Program-made: the position numbers and the translations under genes
Notes under the pieces: model-generated
The model's input: the letters and a program-made list of their open reading frames with translations, nothing else
What the model was told of the DNA's origin: nothing
The model's database searches: none
Source of the DNA: Octopus vulgaris
Taxonomy: Eukaryota
Direction of reading: 5' to 3'
Length of the DNA stretch: 64,000 nucleotides
NCBI GenBank assembly: GCA_951406725.2
Contig: OX597831.1
Span: forward strand, 26,288,001 to 26,352,000
In this document: one piece after another, positions 14,244-27,187 of the stretch
How the letters are laid out: the number at the start of each line of letters is the position of its first letter
Numbering within the stretch: the stretch's first letter is position 1

Positions 14244-14636
14244 AAGTGGAGGCGCAATGGCCCAGTGGTTAGGGCAGCAGACTCGCGGTCATAGGATCGC
14301 GGTTTCAATTCCCAGACCGGGTGTTGTGTGTGTTTATTGAGCGAAAACACCTAAAGCTCCACGAGGCTCCGGCAGGGGATGATGGTGATCCCTGCTGTAC
14401 TCTTTCACCACAACTTTCTCTCACTCTTACTTCCTGTTTCTGTTGTACCTGTATTTCAAAGGGCCGGCCTTGTCACTCTCTGTGTCACGCTGAATATCCC
14501 CGAGAACTACGTTAAGGGTACATGTGTCTGTGGAGTGCTCAGCCACTTACACGTTAATTTCCCGAGCAGGCTGTTCCGTTGATTCGGATCAACCGGAACC
14601 CTCATCGTCGTAACCGATGGAGTGCTTCCCGCCCCC
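14244..14636 (+). mobile_element. Young tRNA-headed SINE, full length
   Basis: A box TGGCCCAGTGG, B-box-like GGTTTCAATTCC, CpGs retained; TSD attgaaaattat at 14232-14243 and 14637-14648. Confidence 0.9.
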
Positions 14637-15887
14637 ATTGAAAATTATTACGGAGATGTACTCGCATAGCAAGTGATTGAAAATTATGTTTCTTCTTAAA
14701 GCTAGATTGCATTTCAGAAATCTTGGATTAGAATTTATTTATCATTAAATATCAAAAATACGATGCTTCCTTTAAAAAAACAGCAGTGACATATTTTATT
14801 GTAAGTTCCAATGTTATCAAAGGCAACAGCATAGCTTTTGAAATGGTTTCCTTAGTATAGTTTTCTGTTTGTGATTTTAAATAATGAAAGTAATCTTTAT
14901 AAGTGATTATTTTAATAACTTGGCAGATGTTTTGTGTTTTGAAACAAGAGGAATCCACTGTGAATACACTTTTTCACAGATTTATTGTAGCATTCATTGT
15001 CTTCAAGTTATCACCTTTCTTAATAACATTAATAGTATTTTTCTAAAATATACTGAAAATAGAAGGGTGTGTGAATAGTTCAGTAGATAACATTCAAGAT
15101 TTATATAACTCATATGTTGGGTGGAGTGGCAGCAATGAGGATGACAGCGATTACAATGCGATAACAACAAAAAGAAGATATTTCAAGCTTTATTTCATAT
15201 CTAGACATTAAGCAAAAGGTTGTAATGTGCTCAAAATATAAAATTCAATTTGAGAAATTGTTCAAGGCAATAGAAGCAGCCACTAATATTGATGTAATTG
15301 CATCACTTGAATACAAATATATTCAAGTTTATTTTCCTTAATAAGTTTTCTAATATTTCTTCTCTTCAATTTTTACTCATTGCCCATGGAATTTACTATT
15401 ACAATAGCTCATATTATAGTTGTTTTTCTTTACTATTCTTCTTCTTCTTATTATTATTATTATTATTATTTGTACAGATAGATACAGGAGACTTGAAATA
15501 GTTAAATACAATTTCCTAGTTTTATACATGTCTGTATATACATACGTGTATGTATGTACTTATATTCATTCTTGTATATGTTATGTGCGTATATAAACAT
15601 ATAAATGAATACATATACATACACACATATATACACATAGATATATACATACATATACACATACACACACACATATATATGTATATATATACACACATAT
15701 ATAAGCATACATATACACATGCATAATCAGACGCACACACACACACATACATGCATGTATACACATATATACATGTAAAAAACTATATACATACACATAT
15801 ACTTTTATATATATATATATAAAACCATATATATTTATATATATATATATATAGATACTACTTATATATATTTACATACAATTTAAA

Positions 15888-15943
<56 letters not shown>

Positions 15944-16322
15944 TACATTTAAATTGTATGTAAATATATGTAAATATGTAATTTATATGTAAATGTATAT
16001 GTAATTAATTGTAATTGTTGCCTCCACTTTTTCACTCCATTTTGTTTACATGACAGGTATGATGTGCTTGTGGAGAGACAGGAGGGAAGGAGAGGGAAAG
16101 ACAGATGGACAAACAGAAACAGAGTGTCAGAAACGATTTAAATTTCCAATGTTTAGGAACAAAGAGACGACTATTCTGTTCATCAAGTGTATAATTTTTC
16201 GAGTTTTTTTAAATGATTGCTGAACATAACATTGTTCATTCATTTCACTCATAACAATACTAACTACCATACTATCATTTAACACTACAATCTACCATGC
16301 TACCAGCTAACAGATACAAAGT

Positions 16323-16688
16323 ACATAGCAAAATAGTTGTATGTGCGTGTGCATGTGTGTGTGTCTTTGTATCTGTTTGTCTACCACTACCACTTGATAA
16401 CCAACGTTGGTACGTTTACATTCCTGCAACTTAGCAGTTCGGCAAAGGAAACTGATAGAATAAGTCCTAGGTTTAAAAAATAGACACCGGGGTTGATTCG
16501 TTCAATTAAAATTCTTCAAGACAGTGCTCCAGCGTGGCCACAGTCAAAATTACTGAAACAAGTAAACGTTGAAAAATACAAAAATGTACAAGTTGCATAG
16601 CAAAGAGGGGAGATTTTTTTTTATCCTTTAGTAGATAATGCACTGAGAGAGAGAGAGAGAGAGGGAGGGAGGGAAGGACAAAGATGGG

Positions 16689-16728
<40 letters not shown>

Positions 16729-16851
16729 TATAACTGAGAAGGAAAATTTTCTGAATATATTAATAATATGGATATGATTCCTACACAGCTAAGAATGAAG
16801 TAAATACTGAACAATATTTTTTCTGTTGTTAGTGCACAAAAAAAAAACAAC

Positions 16852-16884
<33 letters not shown>

Positions 16885-17752
16885 GGTAATATGCAAGTCC
16901 TTGTCTTTCATATACACACACTTTCTAAGATATGAAGAACATTACTTGAATGGCTAAAGTTCCAGATGCACAGAACATAGATCATGTCATAGATATAACA
17001 TTATGTATCCTACACTCATCAATCAAACTGTTTTCCTACTGTTCTAGTCTATTTTGCCACTGAATAAATCTTCGTTGTCTACTAAGAACAATGTTTGGCT
17101 CTCATAGTTGACCTACTTGAAGGACATTGATAAGATATATCCATATTGCTTTTTTTTTTTTCATTCATCCTTTTGTCACAGCCTATTCTTTAGTCCCTGA
17201 ATTTCTAATTATAATAGGTGTCTTTTAGAATGTGGCTGAAGATATTCTCAGTTAAGTAAGCTGTCAATGTAGACACAGTGGTTGAGTATATAGCTTGACA
17301 AATAACCAATCATCTGAATTGTTGTAAGTCAGTCAAACTGTGACAAATTTATTGCTTTGCTGCATTAAAGCAAAAGGCTAGATATCGGGGAATTAGTAAA
17401 GAAATTGCAGCTGTGGATGGGATCAAAAGAAGAGACGCGAGTCAATTAGTTGCCTGTCTTCCATCAAAGTGAAGACAGATACAACTTGTACATTTTTGTA
17501 TTTTTCAACTTTTACTTGTTTCAGTAATTTTGACAGTGGCCACGCTGGCGCACTGTCTTGAAGAATTTTAGTTGAACGAATCAACCCCAGTGTCTATTTT
17601 TTAAACCTAGGACTTATTCTATCAGTTTCCTTTGCCAAACTGCTACATTGCAGGAATGTAAACGTACCAGCGTTGGTTATCAAGTGGTAGTGGTAGACAA
17701 GCAGATACAAAGACACACACACGCACACACACATACAACTATTTTGCTATGT
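16323..17752. repeat. Inverted duplication: arms 16323-16595 and 17482-17752 (SINE A 3' half plus flanks)
   Basis: The arms are highly similar reverse complements, including the non-SINE flanks gaaaaatacaaaaatgtacaagttg and acatagcaaaatagttgt. Confidence 0.9.
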
Positions 17753-17989
17753 GGACCCCCAAAAATCTTGTATGGACCCCGATTGAGAACCACTGATCTA
17801 GAATGTAGCTGAAGATATTCCCTGTTGACTGTTCCTTGTACAAATAAGCTTTCAATATAGACACAGTAGTTGAGTATACAGCTGGACAAATAAAAAGTCA
17901 TCTGAATTCTTGGCAGCCAGTCAAATTGTGGCACATTTATAGCTTTATTGTAGTTGAGTAAAAGGTTAGATATTGGGAATTAGTAAAGA
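17226..17989 (+). repeat. Diverged direct duplication: 17226-17402 and 17799-17989
   Basis: Both run tagaatgt.gctgaagatatt...tagacacagt.gttgagtata...tcatctgaatt...gggaattagtaaaga. Confidence 0.8.
17753..17795 (-). mobile_element. hAT-type terminal inverted repeat (single end)
   Basis: Minus strand reads CAGTGGTTCTCAATCGGGGTCC, a typical hAT/Charlie terminus. Confidence 0.65.
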
Positions 17990-19584
17990 TCCTAACAGAT
18001 AGTAACTTGTAATCAGTGGTATGAGTGTAAATGTCTCTAAGTCATACAAAAATTAGATTAGATGTGAGGGTTATATCTAATGATGACTTTTCTGCCAGTA
18101 ACAATAGGTCTAAAGAATATTGGTGATGCATGTAATGATTAGTTTACTAGGAGAATAAGCATTGAACATTTTCATTAAAAATTAATTTGATAAAACTAAT
18201 TTTCCTCAAGTGCTGAAAAAAAATTACAAATTTTGATCACAAAACATTTTAGATACATATATTCATGACATTTTTCAGATTTTAAGATGAGGTTATTATA
18301 GCTTTATATTATTTTTCAAAGGGTACAATTTTTTAGAATCATATATATAAAAACAAGTAGTTGGCTCAATCAGTTTAAATCAATGAAGATAGCAATTTAG
18401 AATATTCCTCCCTGTCAAAGTACTCCATTTTTTACCGATTGTATATATTTTGTATTATTACCGCATTTATTAACACTATTATAATAGCTGCGTGTGAGTG
18501 ACACTTTCTTTATGGTATTCACTTGCCTGGTGCATCTTTTTTATAGATTCTTCTTATGAATTTAAAGAAGTGCTTAATAAGTTCAACTCTGAGAATGTAA
18601 TATTTCTATGCCTTAGTTGGTGTGCTGTGCTAAAGGGCAAGACTGATTTGTCATGTGTAATAACATCATAGGAAATACATTAAAGAATGAGGTGAAGAGA
18701 TCTTTATACAACTTGATAACTTGACAATGCCCTTTCACTTTCATTAAATATTCAAATCTGGTGTTTAGTTATGGCAAATAGAAAACAGAATTGTGTTATT
18801 CAAGCACAGACATTTGTGTAGTTAGCATAATGAGTTTTTTTTTTTTTTTTTGCTTTTCTTTTATTCTCAACAGTTTACAAAAATTGTATACGTAAATATG
18901 CAAAAGATAAAAAATACAATGAAATTTTAAAATCAATGGAACCATTTTGCATCAGTGACATTTCGATTTGGGGTTTGGATATAGTGCGAATACATTGGCT
19001 GGTTCTTATCAAGACATCGTGACTTCAGTCCAGAACAATAAAGTAGTTGCATGATTAATGTAACCAGGATATAGAGCACCATAGCAGAATGTGTAGATCT
19101 AATAGATATTCTCAACAGCTGAGGAATTAGTGATGATCATAAGCACAATAACTTTCATGAGCTGTTATATTTCTGAATCAAATAACAAGAGAGTCTGTGA
19201 TGTCTATAACTTAAGTCCACCAGTACAAGGCTATGTGGCTTTTCAACAAGCAAATATTCAACATTCATAACACAACTTAGTCCAACTTTTCTCATGTATG
19301 AAATATAGATGTTGTTGTTTAACCTTACACCAACACTGATGGAGCACACAGACCTATGATCAAAATTGTTCCAGCAAATAATCAATTCATGTATCTACAA
19401 CTACATTATTCTAATGTGTCTTCACATTCTTTAAGATACAGAAATGCCCAAAAATTTGGAACATTTAAAAAAAAGATTTAAATTGTTATGCCCAAGTACA
19501 ATTCAATTCAAATATATACAACATAGAGTTATACTTACCAAATAAGTGATACAGTTGTTATTTATATATTAAATATAACTTTGG

Positions 19585-19975
19585 TCTTCTTTCTTCTTCA
19601 TGCCTTTAACCCTCCAACGCAGAGTATAGGTCACTTATAGTTGAATTCCATGTCGTATAATTTTTGGCTTCTGTACTAATACTCTGCTATAAATGTCCCC
19701 CTTTCTCTAGTTCCTTTTGTGTTGATCTCCGCTACGAGTTCTTAGGCCTACCTTTCTTTCTATATCCATCCGGTTCCACTGTAAAGCACTTTTCGCTACA
19801 TTTGGTGTTTTTTCTAATTGTGCTACCAATCCACTTCCACTTTTTCCTAAATATTTCCTCTCTAATCGAAACTTGATTTGTTCTTTGCCATAGCTCCCTA
19901 TTGCTTATTTGTTTGGGCCATCTAATTTTAAGTATACTACACAAGTATCTGTTTATGAATGATTGTATTTGCTTT
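19585..19975 (-). mobile_element. RTE-clade LINE 3' remnant
   Basis: ORF 19732-19944 ILKIRWPKQISNRELWQRT..RKKWKWIG..RKKGRPKNS matches the RTE RT C-terminal region; (GAA)n tail. Confidence 0.85.
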
Positions 19976-21575
19976 GGTCATTTAAAAAAAAAAATTATTT
20001 TCAGACCTATATAGTTCCAAACTTTTGGCCATAACTAGTAAGGTATGAGCATTAAGAAATTTTCTTTTTTTTTTAGTATAGAGGCTCCTTTCTTATAAAC
20101 TTTGCAGGGGCATGTTTCTGTCTACTTTCATGCCATTTGGGACTTGTAGTGTTGGGACTAGGATGTGTACTTGCACATAGATAAAAAGCCTCTGTCTGAT
20201 ATTCATACCTTTGGAATTAGCAGTAAATGAGGGAAATTCTATATGGTCACTTAGGCAGAGAGAAATAAAGGCCAAATCTCCCTTAAATCATACACTACTG
20301 TCTTAGAAGGTGAAAACAGTCATGGTTGGAATGCATCATATTATCATAAATCTACTCATGGAAAATTCGCCAAGGGTTAAATTGCATCAACTGAGACAAC
20401 TTTATTAAGTTTCATCACATGCATACACACACCTTGCAGTCAATAATGAATATTTAATCTGATCCTTAAAACAGTGATTAATTAATTGATTATATGATAG
20501 TGATGCTAGTAATTCCCTACTCTTCATATCAATCATAACTTGACTAAAACCTGCTGCAAACAGAACTTAAATAGCAAAATATTATAAAGAGATTGCCATT
20601 TTAAACTCAGTTCTTTATAAAAACCTAAAGGATTAAATGCAATACTTTGATATTTCATTATCACTACTGTTGTCGTCATTATTCTTTGATATCTTAAAAT
20701 ATAGAAAACATTTTATTTTGAAGTAAAAATTATATGGAATATGAACAACTTTTTTATCAACTTACAGCTGGAGCTTCTTTGCAAATTCAGTTACATTCTA
20801 ATACTTGATAATTAAGAATATTTTAAAATCTAGTTTCAATTACATTTTAATAACTATTGTTTTATATTTGTTCAAATATTTATCTAAAATATGATTTCTC
20901 TCTGATCACTTTCATGTAAATCTTTATATATATTGTATCATCCAATCTTGTCCAACTTCCAATTTTTCAGATGAAAGACACATTTCTTTTCTGTAAATAG
21001 TTTATGTAAAGATTTTTTGGTTTGTTTCAAATATTTAATTACATCTTAATGTTTGATGGATTCCGTTTTATCTAAATCACATCAATAGCTTCAAAATAAA
21101 AATAGATAATCACTGCTAAGATAAGTAGGAAATTACTTTAAACATAATGCTATCATATTTTCAAAGGGATTAATATATTACATATATATATTAATATTCA
21201 GAAATACACAAGGAGTATTACGTGTTTTTATATGTAAACTTGTATGTATATAAACATATGTCTGGTTATAATAGATATATATACATGTGTATATATTTAC
21301 TTGAAGATATAGACACATATCTGCACTTAAGAAACTTCACATGATGTGAAGCTGTGTCAGCCTTTTAAAAAATACTTACTACACCAACTACTGATGTGCT
21401 GAATGCTACTTTTCTTTCATTTTGTTCACCTACATATATATATGTGTGTGTGTGTATACATATAAACATATTTATGTAAATTTACACACATATATATACA
21501 CACAAACATGAATATTATCCTCATTTTAACATCTACTTTTCTGTACTTGCATGGGTCAGAAGAATTTATTGAGGC

Positions 21576-21611
<36 letters not shown>

Positions 21612-21640
21612 CATACATACATACATACATACATACATAC

Positions 21641-21688
<48 letters not shown>

Positions 21689-21751
21689 GGAAAAATTGAA
21701 AATCGAGACAAATGCTCAAGATGTTATTAAATCATTTATATCTTCTTATTG

Positions 21752-21830
21752 TCGGCATGTTTCGATGGATGCATTCAAAATACATCCAACGGGATGAATA
21801 ATGATCAGCAATGCATCAATCTCATCAGGG
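21752..21830 (-). ncRNA. Degenerate hammerhead ribozyme-like motif
   Basis: Minus strand: CUGAUGA-GAUUGAUGCAUU-(loop)-AAUGCAUCCAUC-GAAA-CAUGCC. Intact core boxes, 11/12-bp helix II, helix III ACAUG(U>C). Helix I is poorly formed. Confidence 0.55.
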
Positions 21831-22031
21831 AGGATATAAACAACAGTGCTCATTTTAACAGATATGAATGATTTAATAACATCTTGAGCACTTTCCTATT
21901 TTCTCCTAAAAATGTCTCACTTCTCTCCAGAATTAAATCTCACACAAGTGTGACCATTGTTTCCTGGGACACTTAAGAAATATTTAGCTATCTAGTAATT
22001 ATTCCTCTGGATCTTTCCTATAAATTGTACA

Positions 22032-22069
<38 letters not shown>

Positions 22070-22790
22070 CTATCATCATCATATATATATGTATGTGTGT
22101 GGGTATATATATATATATATGAATGACTATTTCATGGTTTGTCAACTGCCTCTCAAGGATGTACCCTATTTCTTTCTCAATTAATAGCATAAATCAGCTG
22201 CTATACAAAGCAGACATAAGATAGACTAGCACAGTAGTGGACTGATTAATTTGAATATTAGTGCTTTAACAACTTATTCAATAGCAATAAAATGCTTTGT
22301 GATCATGTAATTCCATGAGGCATGATATATTCATGGCTATTTTAACACTTCTTCTATTGTACATAACAGATTTTTATTCAACTGCATTACTATTCACAAT
22401 ACCAATGGTTGGTTGTGAGTACATGCCACTGATGAGGCTCAACAAGGCTAAAATGCATCTGGTATTCACACAAGCTGGGATGATTATTTCACTCTCCAGT
22501 GTATATTGTACTTCTAAAATCAGCATGGCTGCAAGAGATGCTAAATCTGGAAGAATAGTACTGTAAATTGCTTTTCAACAATGTATGTCATTATGCATGG
22601 TACATAGATGGCTATAACCACACACACACACAGATGCTTATATAAGTGCATACATATATGTACTTGTACACACATACATATATAGATACAAATATAAATT
22701 ATATAAATTGCTTCAATATATTGTAACAACATAGGCATATTGTTGTACACACACACATACACAAACATATATTGCCACTATTTCTACACG

Positions 22791-22830
<40 letters not shown>

Positions 22831-22969
22831 TGAGGGTACTACTATTCGTAGATACCAACACACTAAGAGGGACCAATGCGGTCAAAACTACTAAAAATAA
22901 ACAAAATTTTACCGAATGCAAAACTTCAAAACACATCATTTTAAAAAAGAATTCAGTTACATATCACAT

Positions 22970-23210
22970 GTGATTTCGCATTTAATGCAGAATATGCATT
23001 TCATGTTCGTCAGTGCAACAAACTCAAGAAATATAAGAAAAAACATAACATTACAAACTCGATAGCCAACCGTAGAATTCGTCGTAGCTTGTACGAATGT
23101 TTATCCTTACATATCTATGAAAATGGCGGGCTTTTTCGCAATGCATTTCGGTAACAAATTGCCTAGTCGGAATAAAAATTCAGTATTGAACTATTCCGGT
23201 GAAAGCCTCA
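22970..23210. promoter_or_regulatory. CpG-enriched promoter-like patch with YY1 motif
   Basis: Many CpGs compared with the surrounding unique DNA; AAAATGGCGG at 23120-23129; nearby donor-like sites (+ gtaaca 23151; - gtaagg 23110-23105). Confidence 0.35.
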
Positions 23211-23214
23211 ATTG

Positions 23215-23257
<43 letters not shown>

Positions 23258-23556
23258 TTGTATTTTCATATTAGATACACACACAAGTATGTTTATATGT
23301 ATATATATATTTATATAATTGAACTATTTTTATGTAATACACACACAGATAATACATTTAAATATTTTAAATGTATACACGAGTGTATAACAATACATGG
23401 AAAGCAATACTTATGTATATATGTATACAGACACATACTAATCCTTTTTATAAATATATAATTTTGTACAAGTTTTATAGATGTATGTATGCAGTTATAT
23501 ATATGTATATATATGTACATGCAATTACATATAATGCAATTATATATGTATATGCA

Positions 23557-23943
23557 AGGCGTAAAAGTGGCTGTGTGGTAAGTAGCTTGCTTACCAACCA
23601 CATGGTTCTGGGCAAGTGTCTTCTACTATAGCATCAGGCCGACCAAAGCCCTGTGAGTGGATTTGGTAGACGGAAACTAAAAGAAGCCTGTTGTATATAT
23701 GTAGATATATGTGTGTGTGTGTGTGTGTCTGTGTGTGTGTGTCTGTGTCTGTCCCTCCAACATCGCTTGACAACCGATGTTGGTGTGTTTACATCCCCAT
23801 AACTTAGCAGTTCAGCAAAAGAGATCGATAGAATAAGTACTAGGCTTACAAAGAATAAGTCCTGGGGTTGATTTGCTCAACTAAAGGTGGTGCTCCAGCA
23901 TGACCGCAGTCAAATGACTGAAACAAATAAAAGAGCAAAAGAG
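23557..23943 (+). mobile_element. SINE type A with small internal deletion
   Basis: Aligns to 9252-9654. Confidence 0.9.
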
Positions 23944-24239
23944 TATATGTGTATATGCATAGATCAGTGTTTTCTTCATATCTGGTGTTTTAAGGTACTT
24001 TTTTGTCCATGTAAACTAAGTAAATATAAAACTTATTAATCTCTAAGAACATGCAATTTTGAGCTGAATATTCAGGCTTTTTGCTTTGTATCTATACTAG
24101 CATATAGATTTTTTCTTTCTTTTAAAGGTCTCTTGAAGGGAACTTGGATTCCAGCCATGCGTGTGTGCGTGTGTGTAATCTTTATTTTACAACCTTTAGA
24201 GTAGGATAACTGTTACACATATAATCCAAGTAATTGTAG

Positions 24240-24288
24240 ATGTATTTTAAGCATTACCTGAACATTGATAAATGTTATCAGGTCCCAG
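24240..24288 (+). CDS. Candidate alternative N-terminal coding segment of KChIP (within putative exon 24128-24288)
   Basis: Polypyrimidine acceptor ttttctttcttttaaag| at 24127 and consensus donor CAG|gtaagt at 24288. ATG at 24240 gives MYFKHYLNIDKCYQVP plus 1 nt, phase-compatible with exon 29207 (G+AT=Asp). Weak Kozak context; no homology support. Confidence 0.3.
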
Positions 24289-25052
24289 GTAAGTTGGATG
24301 TAGAGCAAGTTGTAAGCTAAGTATAGTGGAAGGATTTAATTAAATGTAACTGTGAAAAATTGAAGATCTATTGATTTTTTTTTCGCTTCGAAGAAATCCA
24401 TGGAATCAGAATGGGGAAGGAACATTAGAGAAAAGAACTAAGTTGCCTGCAGTTGGAAAGTAATGGAGCTTGAAATTCAGTGTCATTTACAGAATTTCAA
24501 TAAATATTCCCCAAGTTTCGTATGACACTATTAATAGATTAATGATTTTTATATTAATTTTATAACAACCAGTGTTCTGTTTGAAGTAAGACTTTTCCCT
24601 GTCATTCAATACATGATCCAGGAAAATATAGTTGAAACCACAGCATCTCTTGTGATATAAAAATAGAATGATTTTTGTCGTCGAATCATTTTTTCTCGTG
24701 TTTCATTGAAAGAATTTTCTGATTATTAATATTGGATAGAACTCAGGCAGCAACTGTGGTTTTCTTTTCTCACTTTCCCTGCTATTAAAGATAATAAATA
24801 GGATTTGTCACCTTTCAAGAGGTAACATCTTAAGAAATCCATCAAAATCAAAGCTTGTTCATTCACATTCTATTTCCATGGAATAATTTAGCATTTGCTC
24901 TCTAAAGGATTACAGAAAGCTGTGTATTTTTAAGGATATTTCTGAATTATTTAAAACATCAAATATACAATACTGATGGTGATCTTTTGAGTAATTTTAA
25001 AGGGACAAATTTACTAAATGTATTTCTTAAATTCAAAAAAAATACTTAAATA

Positions 25053-25080
25053 ATGGATGGTACAATTTGGAAATCAGTCC
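25053..25080 (+). CDS. Candidate alternative first coding exon of KChIP
   Basis: ataATGG (strong Kozak, in-frame TAA just upstream), MDGTIWKSV plus 1 nt, then |gtaagt. Phase 1 is compatible with exon 29207 (C+AT=His). No homology support. Confidence 0.3.
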
Positions 25081-25940
25081 GTAAGTTTCTGCCTTTTGTT
25101 TTCTTTAGTTTTATACTTTTGTTTTATATTTTTTCGTTTCCAACACAAGTTCAGGCTGAAATTTGTATTTTCTTGCATCTGTCATTATCTGATGTTAAAC
25201 AGACCTTAAACAAAATATCTTTATAGAAGTTAGGGAAATATTTAATTATATTTGTTGTTATCCTTGTGTTGTTTTCGAACTATACAATGCCAATACATTT
25301 ATAATACAGACATGCTTTATTTTCATGAGCCTGTTTATTCTGTTCGCCAGTCTTTTAACCACTTTTATCAACCTCAGCTTTATTATCAAATCACTATCAT
25401 CCTATATATTTAGTTCAATACATCTCTTTATCCATTTTTATTATTCAACTAAATCAGGTCAATGACCTCTCACATCAAATCTGATTTTGGTATATCAGTC
25501 TCTTTTATTTCTATCAATTTGTTATCTCCTATTTGGCATTAATATTGTTATAATAATCATATGATTTAAACATTAGTAATGAGAAAATCCTTAACTGGAG
25601 TTGTTATATTTTCAGTAAGGACTATATTTTTCTGTCATTTTCCCCTGTAACTACAAAGTATAGTTTCAAAGTAACTGATGATGTTGCAATTTCCTACAGC
25701 AATAATTTAACCAAATATTTTCGGGATTTAAACTGTTTAATACAAACTCATTTCTGACATTGAAAAGTGATTTTTCATTCACAGTAGGAGTAGAGGTAGG
25801 GAATAAGACAATAATATTTTGATAATAAAGTTTTATTTAAAGAGAGAGAAAGAGAGTGTGTGTGTTTGTGCATGTGTGAGAGAAAGAATGTGTGTGTTTG
25901 TGTAAATGTGAGCTTCAGATCTTCAGTTCAAAAGCCCTTT

Positions 25941-26106
25941 CATCATCATCATCATCATCGTTTAGCGTCCGTTTTCCATGTTAGCATGGGTTGGACGGTT
26001 CTACTGGGGTCTGTGAAGCCAGAGGCTTCATCAGGCCCAGTCAAATCTGGCAGTGTTTCTACGGCTGGATGCCCTTCCTAACGCCAACCACTCCGTGAGT
26101 GTAGTG
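25941..26106 (-). mobile_element. SINE type C 3' module with (GAT)n tail
   Basis: (cat)n-cgttta.cgtccgttttccatg...ggctggatgcccttcctaacgccaacc. Similar copies near 40499(+), 55758(-), 59216(-), 59750(-). Confidence 0.85.
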
Positions 26107-26294
26107 GAGTGATTAGAATTATTACAGTAGTAATTTTCAAAGTGTGATTTCACAAGTCCCTGTTTTCTCACCATTACATAATAAACATCCATTATTGTTC
26201 TGCCTTAAAAATCACTGTTGACAAAAACTTAATCAACAAAATGCAGTGTATTTTCTTTCCTCGCCTTTCTTTTTTTTTATGCTGTTTTGCAATT

Positions 26295-26328
<34 letters not shown>

Positions 26329-26970
26329 CTTACTTTTCTTCTCTTTCTCCACTTTTGCTCTAAATTCAATGAGTTAAAATTTTCTAATTACAAGAAATTG
26401 AATTGTTACTGCAGTTGGTTAGAATTGTGGAGATTGGGGTTTCCTCCTTTTATTTCAGTTGTGAGACACTTTCCTTCTCCATCTCCTATTTATTGTCACC
26501 ACTGGCTGTAGTTATGGGTGGGGAATGGGTCACTCAGCATTAGACTAAACTCCTAGCACTGAGGACAAAATGATCTTCAACAATTCTGAATTTTCAACAT
26601 CAGCTTTTAGGTCCTGCTGTTGTTGATGTTTTTAATCAAATCATCTTGCCACGTGGCTCTTACTGCCCCAGCTATAACCTCTAGGCTGTCTGCTTTGCAC
26701 TTTAGTTTCTGCATCCATAACTAGTCATGGCTCAAGAATGGTGTTGTGGTCTCAAGGGGTTATAAGAACTTGGAAGTTGGAAGTATGTGCTGACCTCTTC
26801 CAACCATATATCAATTCTTATGATCTTTGAAATCTGGATTAGGATGATATACAGAGTCAGAACAAATAACATGAGGCATTTATGGTTTTGCCAATCTGCT
26901 ACTAATTATAATAACGGTTTCAAATTTAGGCCAAAAATTTTGAGGGCTGGTGGTGAGTTGATACCATTAA

Positions 26971-27187
26971 CCCTTTAGTATTCAGGTTACTCTGTCAAAT
27001 GTAATATTTATTCAGATTGTTTTGAATTAGTCATGCATTATCTCATAGGTTTGGGATTTCAATAATGTTATTGTCTATTTTTAAGATGATATAGTAGGTT
27101 AGGTGTGAGAAGCTGGATCTGACCAGTTTGAAATTAAAAAGGGTAAAATATTAGGGGCCAGATATGGTTGGTTTAAATTCTAATGGG
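26971..27187. mobile_element. piggyBac-like MITE family 2, inserted in an old type B SINE
   Basis: TTAA-CCCTTTAG...CTAATGGG-TTAA. Degenerate relatives near 45300-45515 and 49640-49832. Confidence 0.75.

Noticed and set aside
14247-14321. tRNA gene candidates at SINE heads (also 9930, 37304, 41564)
   Set aside because: Cloverleafs are imperfect and run directly into SINE bodies.
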